A stretch of 64,000 nt of DNA from Candidatus Poribacteria bacterium (GTDB lineage: Bacteria; Poribacteria; WGA-4E; WGA-3G): assembly GCA_965242965.1 (NCBI GenBank), contig OZ251518.1, positions 864,001 through 928,000 of the forward strand. Reading direction: 5' to 3'. Numbering within the stretch: the first letter of the stretch is position 1; each line of letters opens with the position of its first letter. Below the pieces are notes generated by a model. It made no database searches. It saw only the letters and a program-made list of their open reading frames with translations, and was not told the origin of the DNA. The position numbers and the translations under genes are program-made. Positions 9,607 through 20,814 of the stretch are shown here, one piece after another.

Positions 9607-9769
9607 CTCTTTTTCCTCCTATAACTCTAACGTGCGATATCGGGAATCTGTGAGTTACAATACTTAACGTTACGATTCGCAAAAAGTTTACGAATGCGCG
9701 ATTTTTCTAACCCTAATGCGAATTATAGCGTATTTGCGTTATTTTTGTCAAATCAACGAAAATCTAGTT

Positions 9770-10140
9770 AGAACGTAGCGCGGGGGCCTGTTCCCCGCAA
9801 GCGTGGTGTAACGTAGCGCGAGGGCCTGTCCCTCGCGATCTCCATCGTCCCGATGTGTTTTTCCCCCTCTGTAGTTTGTGATCGCCTGATCACAAACAGG
9901 TCAAGATCAGGCGATCTTGACCTACAGGTGTGATGCGGTCTGCCCCCAAAACGCATGGCGAGGGACAGGCCCTCGCCCTACGGTGAAGGGGACTGTTTTT
10001 TATCGTAGCGCGGGGGCCTGTCCCCCGCGATGGTGCATGGCGAGGGACAGGCCCTCGCCCTACGGTGAAGTGCCGTTTTTTATCGTAGCGCGGGGGCCCT
10101 CGGATGCCACACGCGCATCCGAGAGGGTTTCCCCCGCGAG
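9770..10140. repeat. composite REP-like hairpin cluster
   Basis: GTAG-headed hairpins of the CCTGT-loop and GATC-GCCT-GATC families, plus a nested CTCGGATGC/GCATCCGAG hairpin. Confidence 0.9.
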
Positions 10141-10156
10141 CCAATATCTCCAAAAT

Positions 10157-12361
10157 CTACGGATTCCACCAATACGTGAATTTCCCTACCACTGTCGAAT
10201 CCAACAGTGCCGACTTCGTGGTTCTATCCGTATCGTAAGTCTGATTGAAAACAAAGTAGAAATCGCTCCCTGGACGGTAAATGTAGTTAATCAGGAAGTT
10301 CGTCGAGACTATCTGCGAATCGGTGTTCCACTGCGCGAAGAGTTTGGCGAAAAGACTCGTGGAGAACGAATAGTTGAAACGGCTCGTGAAGAGGTTCGCG
10401 TCAAAATTGCCCGCTGGCAGGTTGACGCGGTTAGATTGATAGAACGTCTCCACACTCATCCGACTCGTCGGTTTCAGCGTTACGTGGACATAGAATTTCC
10501 GAATGTCCCCGTTGTAGAAATTCCCGAACTCAAACCCGGTTGTGGTGTTGAACGCCCGGGTGTCACTCGTAGAAATGCGGCCGCCAACCCCACTGAACTG
10601 ATAGTCGCCGATTGGGATGAGCACGCCGTCGCGAATCTCAAAATCTTCGTCTAATCGCTCAAACTCGCGCTTCGCATAAAACAAGATGGAGTCTCCCGTC
10701 GAGAGACTAAACCACTGCGTGTAGTTGACATCCCACTGCTCAACTTCGTTGTCCTGATTGAGGACGATGTCAACTTCGGGGCCCGAGTAAATTTCACGGA
10801 TGCCGTATTTATGCGGCCTGGGTGCCCAGCGGAATTGTCCCTGCATCCGTCGGATGCCGCTTTGCCGGACATAACCCACCGCGGGGTTGAAGTCCTCATC
10901 AATGTCGGTATAAGAACCCGATGCGCGGAAAATGTCATTCCGCCAGCGGGTGCCGAGATACCACGCGTTATTTCTGCCGGACATATCGGGTTCAAACGTC
11001 CGGGACCACATGCCGCGCACATCTAGGTTATTGCTTGGCCGGTATTCAAAGTCCATCCCACCGGCGCGATTGTAACCGTCGATTTCGTCTTTGTTGACAG
11101 CAATCACGCCGATGCGCGAGCCCGCGGCAATGTCCTTGGTAACCCGCATCACAGAATAATTGGTGCGCGGAATGTCAACAGCATCGTCATCTTCAGTCGC
11201 CGCCGAGTAAAATTCGTTTGTCAGCACGTTGAGGATACCGACACCGTAGGAACCGACTTTGCCGGTGGCTTTTCCGCCGAAGACAATGGGGATGGCGTTG
11301 CCTTCGGCGAGCCCGATGCGTCGGCTATAGAAGAGTAGCATCGGGGGCGGCCTGCGGAAGCTGCTCCGCGGCACACCGAAATCAAATAACCCCGCGCCTT
11401 CTAAAAAGAACGGCCGTTTTTCTGGGAAAAAGAGGTTAAATCGGGTGAGGTTAACCTGCTCCTGGTCTGCCTCAACTTGCGCGAAGTCGGTATTATAGGT
11501 GATGTCGGCGATGAGATTTGAGGTGATGCCGTATTTCGCGTCAAATCCCACCTTGAATTCGCGCGTCGTCTCCAACACGTCTCCATCGCCGTTTGCCTGC
11601 GTGATGCCGGGCAGCACATAAGGCAGGACTTCCAAGTGTCGTGAAGGCGCGATGCCTTCCAACCCGACAAGCGAACCGACATTCGCTGTCCGATACTTCG
11701 CTAAGCCGCCGTAAGATGCAGGAACCGGTGCCCAGATGGATTCCTCCTGATTCCGCGGGAGTTCGCGCCCCAAGTTGAGTCCCCATACCATCGGTTCGCG
11801 TTTATCAAAGCGGAGTTGACTGAACGGGATGCTGAACTCCAATGTCCAGTAACCATCGTGGATTTTCGCTTTGCATGCAACGATGGCATCCCAGTCGGAG
11901 TTAAACGTGTCACCGCTATTCGTCACGGCTCTGTCCTGCACTGCGCCGAGTGCGTTCATGCGGAAGAAAAACCCGCTCCGTTTGTCGTTATAGGTATCCA
12001 ACAGGAGAAAAACGTTGTCGTTTTCGTGTATGTCGCGAGAATCGCGACGCATCTCGTTGGCAATGAGTTTTGACATCTCGGAATCGTAGCATGTGAAGCC
12101 GAAGTAGAGATTCTCGTTATCGTAGAGGATGCGCGCCTCCATCGGTTCGGTGAGTGCTTCGCCTTCATACGGTTCGATTTGCGCGAACTCCGTTATCGGC
12201 TCGGCGTTCTGCCAGTCTTCTTCGCCCAAGTCGCCGTCAATCTCAATGTTTTGGTAGGTGCGGTATGCTTTCGTTTGGTATACATCGTTTACCTCAGCTT
12301 GCGCGCCGGGTGCGAAGAAAAGTAACAGCACGCCGATGCATCTAAATAGATAGTTGTCCAA
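10157..12361 (-). CDS. CBM9-like / DUF5916 domain outer-membrane protein
   Basis: Signal peptide, IDGDLGEEDW, WTLEFSIPFSQLRF, NTDFAQVEAD..NLTRF..FFPEKRPFFLEG and LFYSRRIG. Confidence 0.85.
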   Translation of the reverse strand: MDNYLFRCIGVLLLFFAPGAQAEVNDVYQTKAYRTYQNIEIDGDLGEEDWQNAEPITEFAQIEPYEGEALTEPMEARILYDNENLYFGFTCYDSEMSKLIANEMRRDSRDIHENDNVFLLLDTYNDKRSGFFFRMNALGAVQDRAVTNSGDTFNSDWDAIVACKAKIHDGYWTLEFSIPFSQLRFDKREPMVWGLNLGRELPRNQEESIWAPVPASYGGLAKYRTANVGSLVGLEGIAPSRHLEVLPYVLPGITQANGDGDVLETTREFKVGFDAKYGITSNLIADITYNTDFAQVEADQEQVNLTRFNLFFPEKRPFFLEGAGLFDFGVPRSSFRRPPPMLLFYSRRIGLAEGNAIPIVFGGKATGKVGSYGVGILNVLTNEFYSAATEDDDAVDIPRTNYSVMRVTKDIAAGSRIGVIAVNKDEIDGYNRAGGMDFEYRPSNNLDVRGMWSRTFEPDMSGRNNAWYLGTRWRNDIFRASGSYTDIDEDFNPAVGYVRQSGIRRMQGQFRWAPRPHKYGIREIYSGPEVDIVLNQDNEVEQWDVNYTQWFSLSTGDSILFYAKREFERLDEDFEIRDGVLIPIGDYQFSGVGGRISTSDTRAFNTTTGFEFGNFYNGDIRKFYVHVTLKPTSRMSVETFYQSNRVNLPAGNFDANLFTSRFNYSFSTSLFAKLFAQWNTDSQIVSTNFLINYIYRPGSDFYFVFNQTYDTDRTTKSALLDSTVVGKFTYWWNP

Positions 12362-12440
12362 AAAAGTGCCTCCTGCGGGTAAATAGAGTCAGAATTAATT
12401 TTTAGACGCAAAAGAGGCAAATTGGGTTAATTATTTTTTT

Positions 12441-12690
12441 CAGGGTGCTCATAAATCGCTCAACGTTAACAACGGTGACAGGCCCCGCGCTGCGGTGAAA
12501 AAAACGCCGTCCCTTCACGTAGGGCGAGGGCCTGTCCCTCGCCATGCCAAACGCGCATGCGAGCGGGTTTCCCTCGCCACGCGTTTGGATGTCAGACCGC
12601 ATCACCTCTGTAGTTCAGGAGCACCTGCTCCTGACCCGTTCGGGAGCAGGTGCTCCCGAACTACAGAACTGGGCCCGATGCGCCCCCTCG
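12441..12690. repeat. composite REP-like hairpin cluster
   Basis: Degenerate boundary motif at left, then CCTGT-loop and GGAGC/GCTCC hairpins. Confidence 0.85.
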
Positions 12691-12726
12691 CTTTTCTATC
12701 GCAAAAGCGCGCCGGTTTTGGCAAAC

Positions 12727-14802
12727 TCAAAATTCCAACGTCACCGCCAAAAACGGCACGATGGGCAGCTGATAGTTCGGTACCTCTTTCGTGAAACCGC
12801 TGTCATACCGGACCTGGAGGAAATTGGCGCGGTTATAGACATTCCAAATTTCAAGACGCACCTCCACTGTGACTAAATCGCCGAGAGGCTTGGCGTATGC
12901 CATCGCCAGATCCAAGCGGTGATACGGCGGTGTCCGTTGCCGTTCACCGTAAATCGGCACCCATTTCTGCTCTTTAGTAAAGGGATTGGTATACCGTTCC
13001 CGGTCGGCGAGAGGTGAATAGAGCGCGCCGCTCATGTATTGCCACTTCGCACTGACGCGCCACGATTCGCTGCTGTAGCGCGCCGCCGTTGTTACCGAAT
13101 GCGGCCTGTTGTAGGAATAGTCCCGTTCGGCTTCGTTCGGAAAATCACGACGTTTGGAGAGGGTGTAGGCATACGAAAGCCAAGCCTCAAACGCCTCTGA
13201 AATTTGGTGCTGGACAGAGCCCTCAACGCCGCGCGCGAAGCCGACTTGCGCGTTCTGATACTGCCTTTCAGCTTGATTGTAAACAACCAGATCGGTGAAG
13301 GATTTGTGATAGCCAGCGAGGTATATTTTCGTTTGCGATGCCAATTCCTGTTCCAATTCCACGACGTAGTGCGTGGCAAGGCTCGGCGTTAAGTCAGGAT
13401 TGCGATTGCCAAGCACACCCTGGTCTAGCCGTGGACTCTGGGTATAACGGCCATAACTGACGTGCAGGGAGGCATCCGAACCCAACGCGAAACTGAGCGA
13501 ACCGCGTGGTTGAACGGAGAGACTATCTGTCAGATTCAAGTAACTCAGCCGTGTTCCGAGTGTTCCGGATAAAAACGTCAGCGACTGATAACTCGCCTGC
13601 GCGTATCCTTCAAAGCGATGCAGGTTTGAGGTTTCAATAACAGAGACTTTTTCGCCGCTGCGCCGCACTCGGAATTCGTAGTCTTCGTCACCTTCTTCCG
13701 GTCTGCGCGCGCCATCGCTCTGAATTATGGTCGGACTTCTGGAAAGCAGAATCCCGAATGCTACTTCGGTGCTGCCGGCAGCGGCGTAAGTTACGTCGCT
13801 GCGGAGGGAGTAATCAGACGCGGCATCGCGATAGAAATACCCCTCGCCAAACGCCAATTCAATCTCCGAGAACGAACGAGTGAGCGAGGTAATTGAACGC
13901 AGTTTGGGGGAAAACTGCGAGTAGAGATGAACGCCTTGCGCATCAAACGGGTTATCCGAATCAACGGGCCCACGAAGATCGCTTTCGTGAGTCTCGCGCG
14001 CGCCGAGGTATAATTTGGAGGCATCATACGCCGAGACAGCGTTGATAACGATACCGTGGGTAGCATTCAGTTTGTAAACGCCTTTGAGTTGATAACTCCA
14101 GAAACTCGGCACTTCTCTCACCAGTTCTTCTAACTCCACTAGCCGCGAAGCCAGTTGGTAAAACGGACCCAGGTAACTCCGCCTGCCGAACGCATACCAA
14201 TACCCGTGTCCTGCCACCTCATTTTTGAGGAATTCGGCATCGGTGGAAACTGGATACGGTTGTGTTTTCGGGGAGTTGTGTCCTATTTTTCCGCCGAGGA
14301 ATGCCTCGGAATAGATAGGATTGACCTTCACGATTCCATCGAAAAGTCCTGTTGTTCGCGGGCGGGAGTGGATGTCAATTACCGCCTGTGAATCCGCGCC
14401 GAACTTTGCGTCAAACCCGCCCGGGTAAACGTCAATCCGTTCAATGACATCGGCACTGACGACAGAGACGATGCCGAGCAGATGGTAAGGAAACGCCAAC
14501 GGCAGCCGGTCGAGGTAGTAACGGTTATCGCCGGGTGCACCACCTCGGACAGAGAGGACTCCCATGAAATCGTTTAGCGTGCTGATACTCGGATGTAGCG
14601 TTATCGCTCGGAACGGATCATCGGCACTGCCGGGGAGTGCTGTTAACGTTTCGCCATCAATTATCTGCGGTTTTTTGCGGAGCCGCTGCGTCATGACTTC
14701 AATGGGAGCCAGTTGATGCACGTCGTCATCGTTGTCTTGCGCAAAAGGTGCCGTTGGGATGATGAACAGGAGTAAGGTTAAATAGAGAATGGGCCGCGTC
14801 AT
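12727..14802 (-). CDS. TonB-dependent receptor
   Basis: Plug motif SVRGG..DN.YYLD, VYPGGFDAKFG, PPYHRLDL and C-terminal Phe. The upstream ORF extension is repeat-derived. Confidence 0.88.
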   Translation of the reverse strand: MTRPILYLTLLLFIIPTAPFAQDNDDDVHQLAPIEVMTQRLRKKPQIIDGETLTALPGSADDPFRAITLHPSISTLNDFMGVLSVRGGAPGDNRYYLDRLPLAFPYHLLGIVSVVSADVIERIDVYPGGFDAKFGADSQAVIDIHSRPRTTGLFDGIVKVNPIYSEAFLGGKIGHNSPKTQPYPVSTDAEFLKNEVAGHGYWYAFGRRSYLGPFYQLASRLVELEELVREVPSFWSYQLKGVYKLNATHGIVINAVSAYDASKLYLGARETHESDLRGPVDSDNPFDAQGVHLYSQFSPKLRSITSLTRSFSEIELAFGEGYFYRDAASDYSLRSDVTYAAAGSTEVAFGILLSRSPTIIQSDGARRPEEGDEDYEFRVRRSGEKVSVIETSNLHRFEGYAQASYQSLTFLSGTLGTRLSYLNLTDSLSVQPRGSLSFALGSDASLHVSYGRYTQSPRLDQGVLGNRNPDLTPSLATHYVVELEQELASQTKIYLAGYHKSFTDLVVYNQAERQYQNAQVGFARGVEGSVQHQISEAFEAWLSYAYTLSKRRDFPNEAERDYSYNRPHSVTTAARYSSESWRVSAKWQYMSGALYSPLADRERYTNPFTKEQKWVPIYGERQRTPPYHRLDLAMAYAKPLGDLVTVEVRLEIWNVYNRANFLQVRYDSGFTKEVPNYQLPIVPFLAVTLEF

Positions 14803-14807
14803 TTGAA

Positions 14808-15672
14808 TTATTTGAGGGTATTTCATAAATCGTTTTCCCCGGTAGGAGAGACCTCCTGGTCTCGATGCAATAGGGGGCGCGCCGGCAGAAAGCCCCCCCT
14901 TCATTGTAGGGCGAGGGCCTGTCCCTCGCCATCGCTCGCGCACTCCAACACTCGCGGGGGATAGGCAACCGCACTACGAAAAAAACGTCTCTTAGGTCCG
15001 TAGGACCTTAATGTCTATAGCACGTGAAGCTGCGAAGAACGCTAAGGTCCTTTAGGTCCTTAATAGTTTTTGAGATGCCGCGTGCTTTTTTATTAAGGAC
15101 CGAAAGGACCTTGACGTGAACCGGCACGTTTATCTATAGACATGTAGGACCTAAAGGACCTAAAACGCCCCCGCTTGGCGATGGAGATCGCGGGGGACAG
15201 GCCCCCGCGCTACGGTAAAAATAACGCCTGCCTTTCACCGTAGGGCGAGGGCCCTCGCATGCCATACGCGCATGCGAGCGGGTTCCCCTCGCCATCGCTC
15301 GCGCAATCCAACGATCGCGGGGGACAGGCCCCCGCGCTACGATAAAACGCCGCCCCATCACGTAGGGCGAGGGCCTGTCCCTCGCCAGCGTTCGCGCGCT
15401 AGGCTCTGTAGTTCAGGATCACCCGATCCTGACCTGTTTGTGATCAGGCGATCACAAACTACAGACAGGGAAGCACATGACGCTGGCGATCGCGGGGGAC
15501 AGGCCCCCGCGCTACGATAAAAATAACGCCTTCCTTTCATCGTAGGGAGGGCCCTCGGATGCCACACGCGCATGCGAGAGGGTTTCCCTCGCCAATGCTC
15601 GCGCACTCCAACGATCGCGGGGGACAGGCCCCCGCGCTACGGGAAAAATCGAGACCGGGAGGTCTCTCCTAC
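14808..15672. repeat. composite REP-like hairpin cluster including the ~172-bp inverted-repeat element
   Basis: Boundary motif at 14808, multiple GTAG hairpins and the element at 14992-15163. Confidence 0.9.
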
Positions 15673-15688
15673 AACTCTGTGGCAAAAA

Positions 15689-17914
15689 TCAAAACGCCGC
15701 CGAAATGCCTAAATACGGGATGATCGGGAACTGATTCACCGGTTCCTTTGTCTTGTAATCCGCGCTGTAGTTGTATTGCAACAAATTTGCACGGTTATAG
15801 GCGTTGAGGAGCTCCAAGAAGACACCCAACTGCCACCCGCTAAATTTAAAGGTTTTACTGACGCGCAGATCCAACCGATGATAAGGCGGAAGCCGGTCCG
15901 AATTCGTCTCACCATAAGTCGGAATCCAGATGGCTTTTCCGTTTCTCGGGTCGATGCCAGGGGTTGTCGCAATAATAGGCGTGTAAGGGTTGCCAGACCG
16001 GTACTGCCATTTCGCGCCAATTTCCCACGTCGGTGAAAGGTTATAGCTCGCGACGAGAGTGGCGACATGCGTCTGATCAAACGAGTAGAGCCGATAGGGT
16101 TCTTCGGGCCGGTCGCGGCGTTTGGAGAGCGCGTAAGCGTAAGATACCCAGCCGAAAAACCGTTCTCCGATCCGATGCCGGAGGAAAATCTCAGCCCCTT
16201 GCGCATAGCCGGTGCCTTGATTCAGATAGCTGCCCTCGCGATCGGAAGTAACGAGACCTCTGAAATCTTTATAGTAACCAGCCATCTTAATCTCTGTATC
16301 GGGTGACAGCTCCTGTGTCAATTCCATGATGTAGTGACTCGCCTCACTGGCACCCAGGTCTGGGTTTCCAATGGAGGCAGAGAGGAGCCAAGGTTGCGGG
16401 CTCTGGTTGTAAACGCCGTAGGAGAATTGGAGTTCTGAGCTGTTTGGCAGTTCAACGAGGATGCTGCCGCGCGGTTGGATGGAGAGTTCATCGATGCGGC
16501 TGAAATAATCAAACCGCATCCCGAAAACAACGGACAACATCGGTGTCAGTGCGAACCGGTCTTGTAGATATCCTTCAGTTCGTATGCCTCGGACGGACTC
16601 ATCCACGGTCTGCCGTTCCTCAAAGCGAATGTCGTAATCCTCTTCGCCTTCGTCGGGTATGCGACTGAAAGTGCCGGTGACTTGACCCGGTTCCAAGGCG
16701 AGGACGATGCCGGATTCCAACTGATGCTTGGGTGTGACATTGAATGTGAGGTCTTCGCGTAGGACGTAGTCCGGTGCGTCAATGTTGAGTGAAAACGCGG
16801 AACCGATATCAACGTCAAACAAGAAATCGGAACGGGTTAAGGATAAAAAAGAGGTTAACCGTTCTGATAAAAGGGAGCGGAGGTGGATGCCTGCGCCGTT
16901 GAACCCGCTTTGAAATTGCGAGTCGCCCCGGAATTCTTCGTCCACGTCTTCGCCATCTTGCCTGAAAGCGAACCGGTCGCCGGATGCGAAGAGGTTCGCC
17001 GACAATTGATGTTTGTCTCCGAGATCGTAGCCTCCTTTGAGTTGGTAATCCCAGAAGCGTGGAAATGCCGTAATCGCGCCTGTATCAAAGGACAACGAAT
17101 TAATAAACAGATCGATGTAGCTACGTCGTCCTGCGGCGTACCAGTATCCGTTGTCTCCGATGTCGCCTTGGAGGACACCTTCCGAGTAAAGGAGATTCAG
17201 GTTAAATTTTCCGTGCAGTCCGCCACGGCTACTATCTTGTGAATAGATGTCAATGACTGCCTGCGAGTCAATGCCAAATTCTGCGCCGTAGCCGCCGGCA
17301 TAGACATCAATCCTGTCAATAATTTCGGAGCTCACGGATGAGACGAGTCCTCCGAAATGGTAGGGATATCCAAAGGGCACCCTGTCAAAATAGTAAAGAT
17401 TGTCTTCGTCGGAGCCGCCGCGGATATAGAGTGCGCCGCTAAAATCGTTCGCGACACCGATGCCTGGGAGCGCGGGTAAGGCGCGCAGCACATCGCCGCC
17501 GGTGCCGGGTAAACGGGTGAGTTCCTCGGCACCGAGGCTTTTCTTGCTTACCGTTTTCGCCTCCCGTTTATCGGTTACCTCTATGCCTTCCAGTTCATAA
17601 GTCTCCATTTCGACGTTAATTTTGGGATTAGCCGTCTCACCGGCGACGACGGTGACAGCGGTTCGCGTTGTTACATCGGAATTCGGAACCGCGACGACGA
17701 GGGTATAAATGCCTTCGGGGACATCTGTGATGACAAACCTCCCGTTTTCATCGGTGGTTTGAAGTTCGTTTGTCTGGAGAAGGCGGACTTCGGCATTCGC
17801 TAACGGTGTGCCGGTGTCCCGGCGAGAGACGGTGCCTTCAATATTGCCTGTTTGTGCAAGGGCGGCGAAGGGTAATAATAACACCAACGCGCTGTAAAAA
17901 AACTGCTTTACCAT
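15689..17914 (-). CDS. TonB-dependent receptor with N-terminal carboxypeptidase-regulatory-like domain
   Basis: AGGAG RBS before MVKQFF, signal peptide, QTGNIEGTV, LYIRGG..DNLYYFD, RLPPYHRLDL and C-terminal Phe. Confidence 0.9.
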   Translation of the reverse strand: MVKQFFYSALVLLLPFAALAQTGNIEGTVSRRDTGTPLANAEVRLLQTNELQTTDENGRFVITDVPEGIYTLVVAVPNSDVTTRTAVTVVAGETANPKINVEMETYELEGIEVTDKREAKTVSKKSLGAEELTRLPGTGGDVLRALPALPGIGVANDFSGALYIRGGSDEDNLYYFDRVPFGYPYHFGGLVSSVSSEIIDRIDVYAGGYGAEFGIDSQAVIDIYSQDSSRGGLHGKFNLNLLYSEGVLQGDIGDNGYWYAAGRRSYIDLFINSLSFDTGAITAFPRFWDYQLKGGYDLGDKHQLSANLFASGDRFAFRQDGEDVDEEFRGDSQFQSGFNGAGIHLRSLLSERLTSFLSLTRSDFLFDVDIGSAFSLNIDAPDYVLREDLTFNVTPKHQLESGIVLALEPGQVTGTFSRIPDEGEEDYDIRFEERQTVDESVRGIRTEGYLQDRFALTPMLSVVFGMRFDYFSRIDELSIQPRGSILVELPNSSELQFSYGVYNQSPQPWLLSASIGNPDLGASEASHYIMELTQELSPDTEIKMAGYYKDFRGLVTSDREGSYLNQGTGYAQGAEIFLRHRIGERFFGWVSYAYALSKRRDRPEEPYRLYSFDQTHVATLVASYNLSPTWEIGAKWQYRSGNPYTPIIATTPGIDPRNGKAIWIPTYGETNSDRLPPYHRLDLRVSKTFKFSGWQLGVFLELLNAYNRANLLQYNYSADYKTKEPVNQFPIIPYLGISAAF

Positions 17915-18002
17915 GTCGGTAAATTTCTCCTTATTGTGCGAAAATTGGATATGTTTCAATTGTAACATTTCCATCGTCAGAATTGCCAAGAATTGGCGAA
18001 AA

Positions 18003-18490
18003 TTAAAATGAGGGTGTTTCCTAACTCGTGAGACCTTGAACGATTCCGTTTCCCCAGTAGGAGAGACCTCCTGGTCTCGATTTCTTTCTTCTTTCTGTCG
18101 TCGTGCCTACCGGGGCCGCGGTGCCTGTAGGTCAAGATCGCCTGATCTTGACCTGTTTGTGATCAGGCGATCACAAACTACAGAGGAAGAAACACACATC
18201 GTGACGTTGGAGATCGCGGGGGACAGGCCCCCGCGCTACGGTTGTCGAGGCCGTCTTCCTTTCATCGTAGGGCTTGGGCCCTCGCATGCCACGCGCGCAT
18301 GCGAGAGGGTTTCCCTCGCCATCGTTCGCGCGCCAGGCTCTGTAGTTCAGGAGCACCTGCTCCTGAACTGTTTGTGATCAGGCGATCACAAACTACAGAG
18401 GAGGGCACAATGTCTTCCGGGAACATCGAGACCAGGAGGTCTCTCCTACCGGGAATGCATCGAGACCCCGAGGGCTCTCCTACCGGCCCC
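18003..18490. repeat. composite REP-like hairpin cluster
   Basis: Boundary motif at 18003, GTAGGAGAGACC..GGTCTC hairpins at both ends and GATC-family doublets. Confidence 0.9.
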
Positions 18491-18492
18491 CG

Positions 18493-20799
18493 TTAAAATT
18501 CATAAATAATGCCGGTAGAAACAATGAAGGGAAACTGCGGAATCTCCGTTAATTCGTTTAACTCCTCAGCATTAGATTCTTCGTTTTGTGAAACGACTTC
18601 CAGCAACTCATCGGAGAAAACGAATTTCATCACATTTCTGCGGTTGTAGACATTCAATACTTCCACAAATCCAGTGAGCGGGAGTCCCCACAATTCCCGT
18701 TTGGCGTTCATCCGCAGATCTAACCGGTGATACGTCGGCAGGCGTGTCCGGAAGGCAGAGCCCACCTCTCCAGAAAGAAGCGGGTGCATGCCGCGTGTCC
18801 CCGGGTCTTGGATGAGAATCAATTCGCTCAACGGGACAGCAGAAGTGCCGCTGGAAAATTGCCACTTCGCGCCTACCTCAATCCGAGGTGTGAGGCTGTA
18901 ATTGCCCACGATGCTGACGATGTGAGTATTATCAAAGAGATAGGGTTGATACTCGGCATGCGGGTAAGCGCGTCGCTCGGCATGCGTCCATGCGTAAGAG
19001 AACCAACCGAAGAATTTCTCATTGACTCGGTGCCGCACGAAAACCTCCGCGCCGCTAATAGTTCCATCTCCCTGATTGCGATAGCCTTCTGCCTCGTCGC
19101 GAGTGACGAGATTCTCCGATGTCTTGTAATATCCTGCCAATTTGAACTCCGTTTGCGGTGACAAGTCGTGCTCTAATTCGGCGATATAGTGGTGCGCGAT
19201 ACTGGATTTCAAATTGCGGTTTCCTCTTTCGGTAAACAACTGATACGGCTGTGGGCTCTGTTCATAGCGGCCGTAAGCCAACCGAAGCCGGGAACTGTTC
19301 GGCAGCGTGAACACGAAGGCACCCCGCGGCTGAACGGAAAGTTCCTCTGTTAGATTGAGATGATCAAGTCTCACGCCTGCGGCAGCCGACAGAAAGGGGA
19401 CAGGTTCATAGCGCGCCTGCAAGTAACCTTCCGTTCGGCGGACTTGGATGTTGAAATCGTCGCGGGTTTGTCGCCATTCCATCTCTCCATCGTCTCCATC
19501 GTCACCTAATTCAGAAGGGAGGATAGGGACGGTGGATACCTCGAAACTTTTCGGTGAACCGAAGGCAATCAGGAACCCGGGCTCCAACCGAAACTTCGGC
19601 GTTAAGTGATACGTCACGTCCTCGCGGAGGGTGTAGAGAGGCGCGTTCACTACGACGTTGTATCTGAATTCTTCATCGGCATCACTCGCTTCCGCACCGA
19701 AATTGATGTTGAGGAAATTGAGGGAGCGCGTCAGCGATAAATGCGACGTAAGTTCCGGCGTAATCTCCGAACGGAGATGAATGCCGCCACCTTCAAACCC
19801 GTTTTTGAAATAGGCATTGAACGGCGAGACTTCCTCATCTTGCCCTAAATCGGCGTTGGAGAAATCGAAATGATCGTTCGCGCTCAAGGCGTTCAGCGTC
19901 AGGTGATGTTTGTTCGTAAAATCATAAGCGAATTTGAACTGATAATCCGAAACGTAGGGAATCGTGAAATTGAAGAAGAGCCCGAAAATGAGATCGGGAA
20001 TGGAACGGCGCGCGGCGGCGTAGGCGTATCCATTATCCCCGATTTGTCGCTCAACGAACGCTTTCGGATATAAGATGTTCAGGTCAAGGACACCGCCCCA
20101 TTTTTTAGTTGCACGTTCGCGGGAACGGATGTCCAACACCGCCTGCGAATCCATGCCAAATTCCGCGCCGTAGCCGCCGGCATAAATCTGAATCTCGTCA
20201 ACGATATCTACATTTATTGTTGAGACGAGCCCGCCGTAATGGAACGGATAACCGAACGGCACTCTATCAAAGTAATGGAGGGTATCTCCCGGTGCGGCAC
20301 CGCGGATATAGAGGATACCGAAAATGTCATTTGGAATGCCGATGCTTGGCAGCGTCGTGATGCCCTTGAGTGCATCGCGTCCCGTGCCGGGGAGACGAAT
20401 CAACTCGCTTTTGCGAATATCTTTGCGGCTAACAGTCGACGGCAGTCGTTCGCCTTCCACAATAATTTTCTCCAACGCGACGACTTCGTCAAGGCGGATT
20501 TCCACCCGCGTCGTTTCGTCTGCCTTGACGACAAACGTGCTTTGTTGCGGTGTATCAAAAGACGGATGCGAGATGGACACCGTGTAGGTGCCCGGGGCAA
20601 TGCCGGTGAACGTGAATCGTCCTGCTGCATCGGTTGTTTGGTGCATGTCGGTTTCAAGCATAAATATATCGGCACCGGCGAGAGGGGTTCCTGTGTTTTG
20701 ATTGATGACGGTGCCTTCAATCGCGCCGGTCTGGGAAAAAACTATCATTGGCATCGCGAGAATCAATAATAGCGAGAAAAGAGTGCTTATGCTTTTCAC
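18493..20799 (-). CDS. TonB-dependent receptor with N-terminal carboxypeptidase-regulatory-like domain
   Basis: Paralogue of the previous two: QTGAIEGTV, LYIRG, YAGGYGAEFG, RLPTYHRLDL and C-terminal Phe. Confidence 0.9.
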   Translation of the reverse strand: MKSISTLFSLLLILAMPMIVFSQTGAIEGTVINQNTGTPLAGADIFMLETDMHQTTDAAGRFTFTGIAPGTYTVSISHPSFDTPQQSTFVVKADETTRVEIRLDEVVALEKIIVEGERLPSTVSRKDIRKSELIRLPGTGRDALKGITTLPSIGIPNDIFGILYIRGAAPGDTLHYFDRVPFGYPFHYGGLVSTINVDIVDEIQIYAGGYGAEFGMDSQAVLDIRSRERATKKWGGVLDLNILYPKAFVERQIGDNGYAYAAARRSIPDLIFGLFFNFTIPYVSDYQFKFAYDFTNKHHLTLNALSANDHFDFSNADLGQDEEVSPFNAYFKNGFEGGGIHLRSEITPELTSHLSLTRSLNFLNINFGAEASDADEEFRYNVVVNAPLYTLREDVTYHLTPKFRLEPGFLIAFGSPKSFEVSTVPILPSELGDDGDDGEMEWRQTRDDFNIQVRRTEGYLQARYEPVPFLSAAAGVRLDHLNLTEELSVQPRGAFVFTLPNSSRLRLAYGRYEQSPQPYQLFTERGNRNLKSSIAHHYIAELEHDLSPQTEFKLAGYYKTSENLVTRDEAEGYRNQGDGTISGAEVFVRHRVNEKFFGWFSYAWTHAERRAYPHAEYQPYLFDNTHIVSIVGNYSLTPRIEVGAKWQFSSGTSAVPLSELILIQDPGTRGMHPLLSGEVGSAFRTRLPTYHRLDLRMNAKRELWGLPLTGFVEVLNVYNRRNVMKFVFSDELLEVVSQNEESNAEELNELTEIPQFPFIVSTGIIYEF

Positions 20800-20814
20800 T
20801 AAAAAACGCCTCTC

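Noticed and set aside
9768-10654. ORFs containing MARDRPSPYG / RGPVPR / RRARACPSP peptides (also at 15134-15606, 28040-28517, 33157-33603, 50551-51213, 52398-52856, 55694-56264)
   Set aside because: These are translations of the GC-rich hairpin repeats in different frames, with no RBS or domain content.
14803-14943. N-terminal extensions in the ORF track for the TBDR (14943), rsmA (22142), GlnT (23960) and the hydrolase (59153)
   Set aside because: The extensions run into repeat DNA; downstream starts fit the family N-termini, signal peptides or RBS better.
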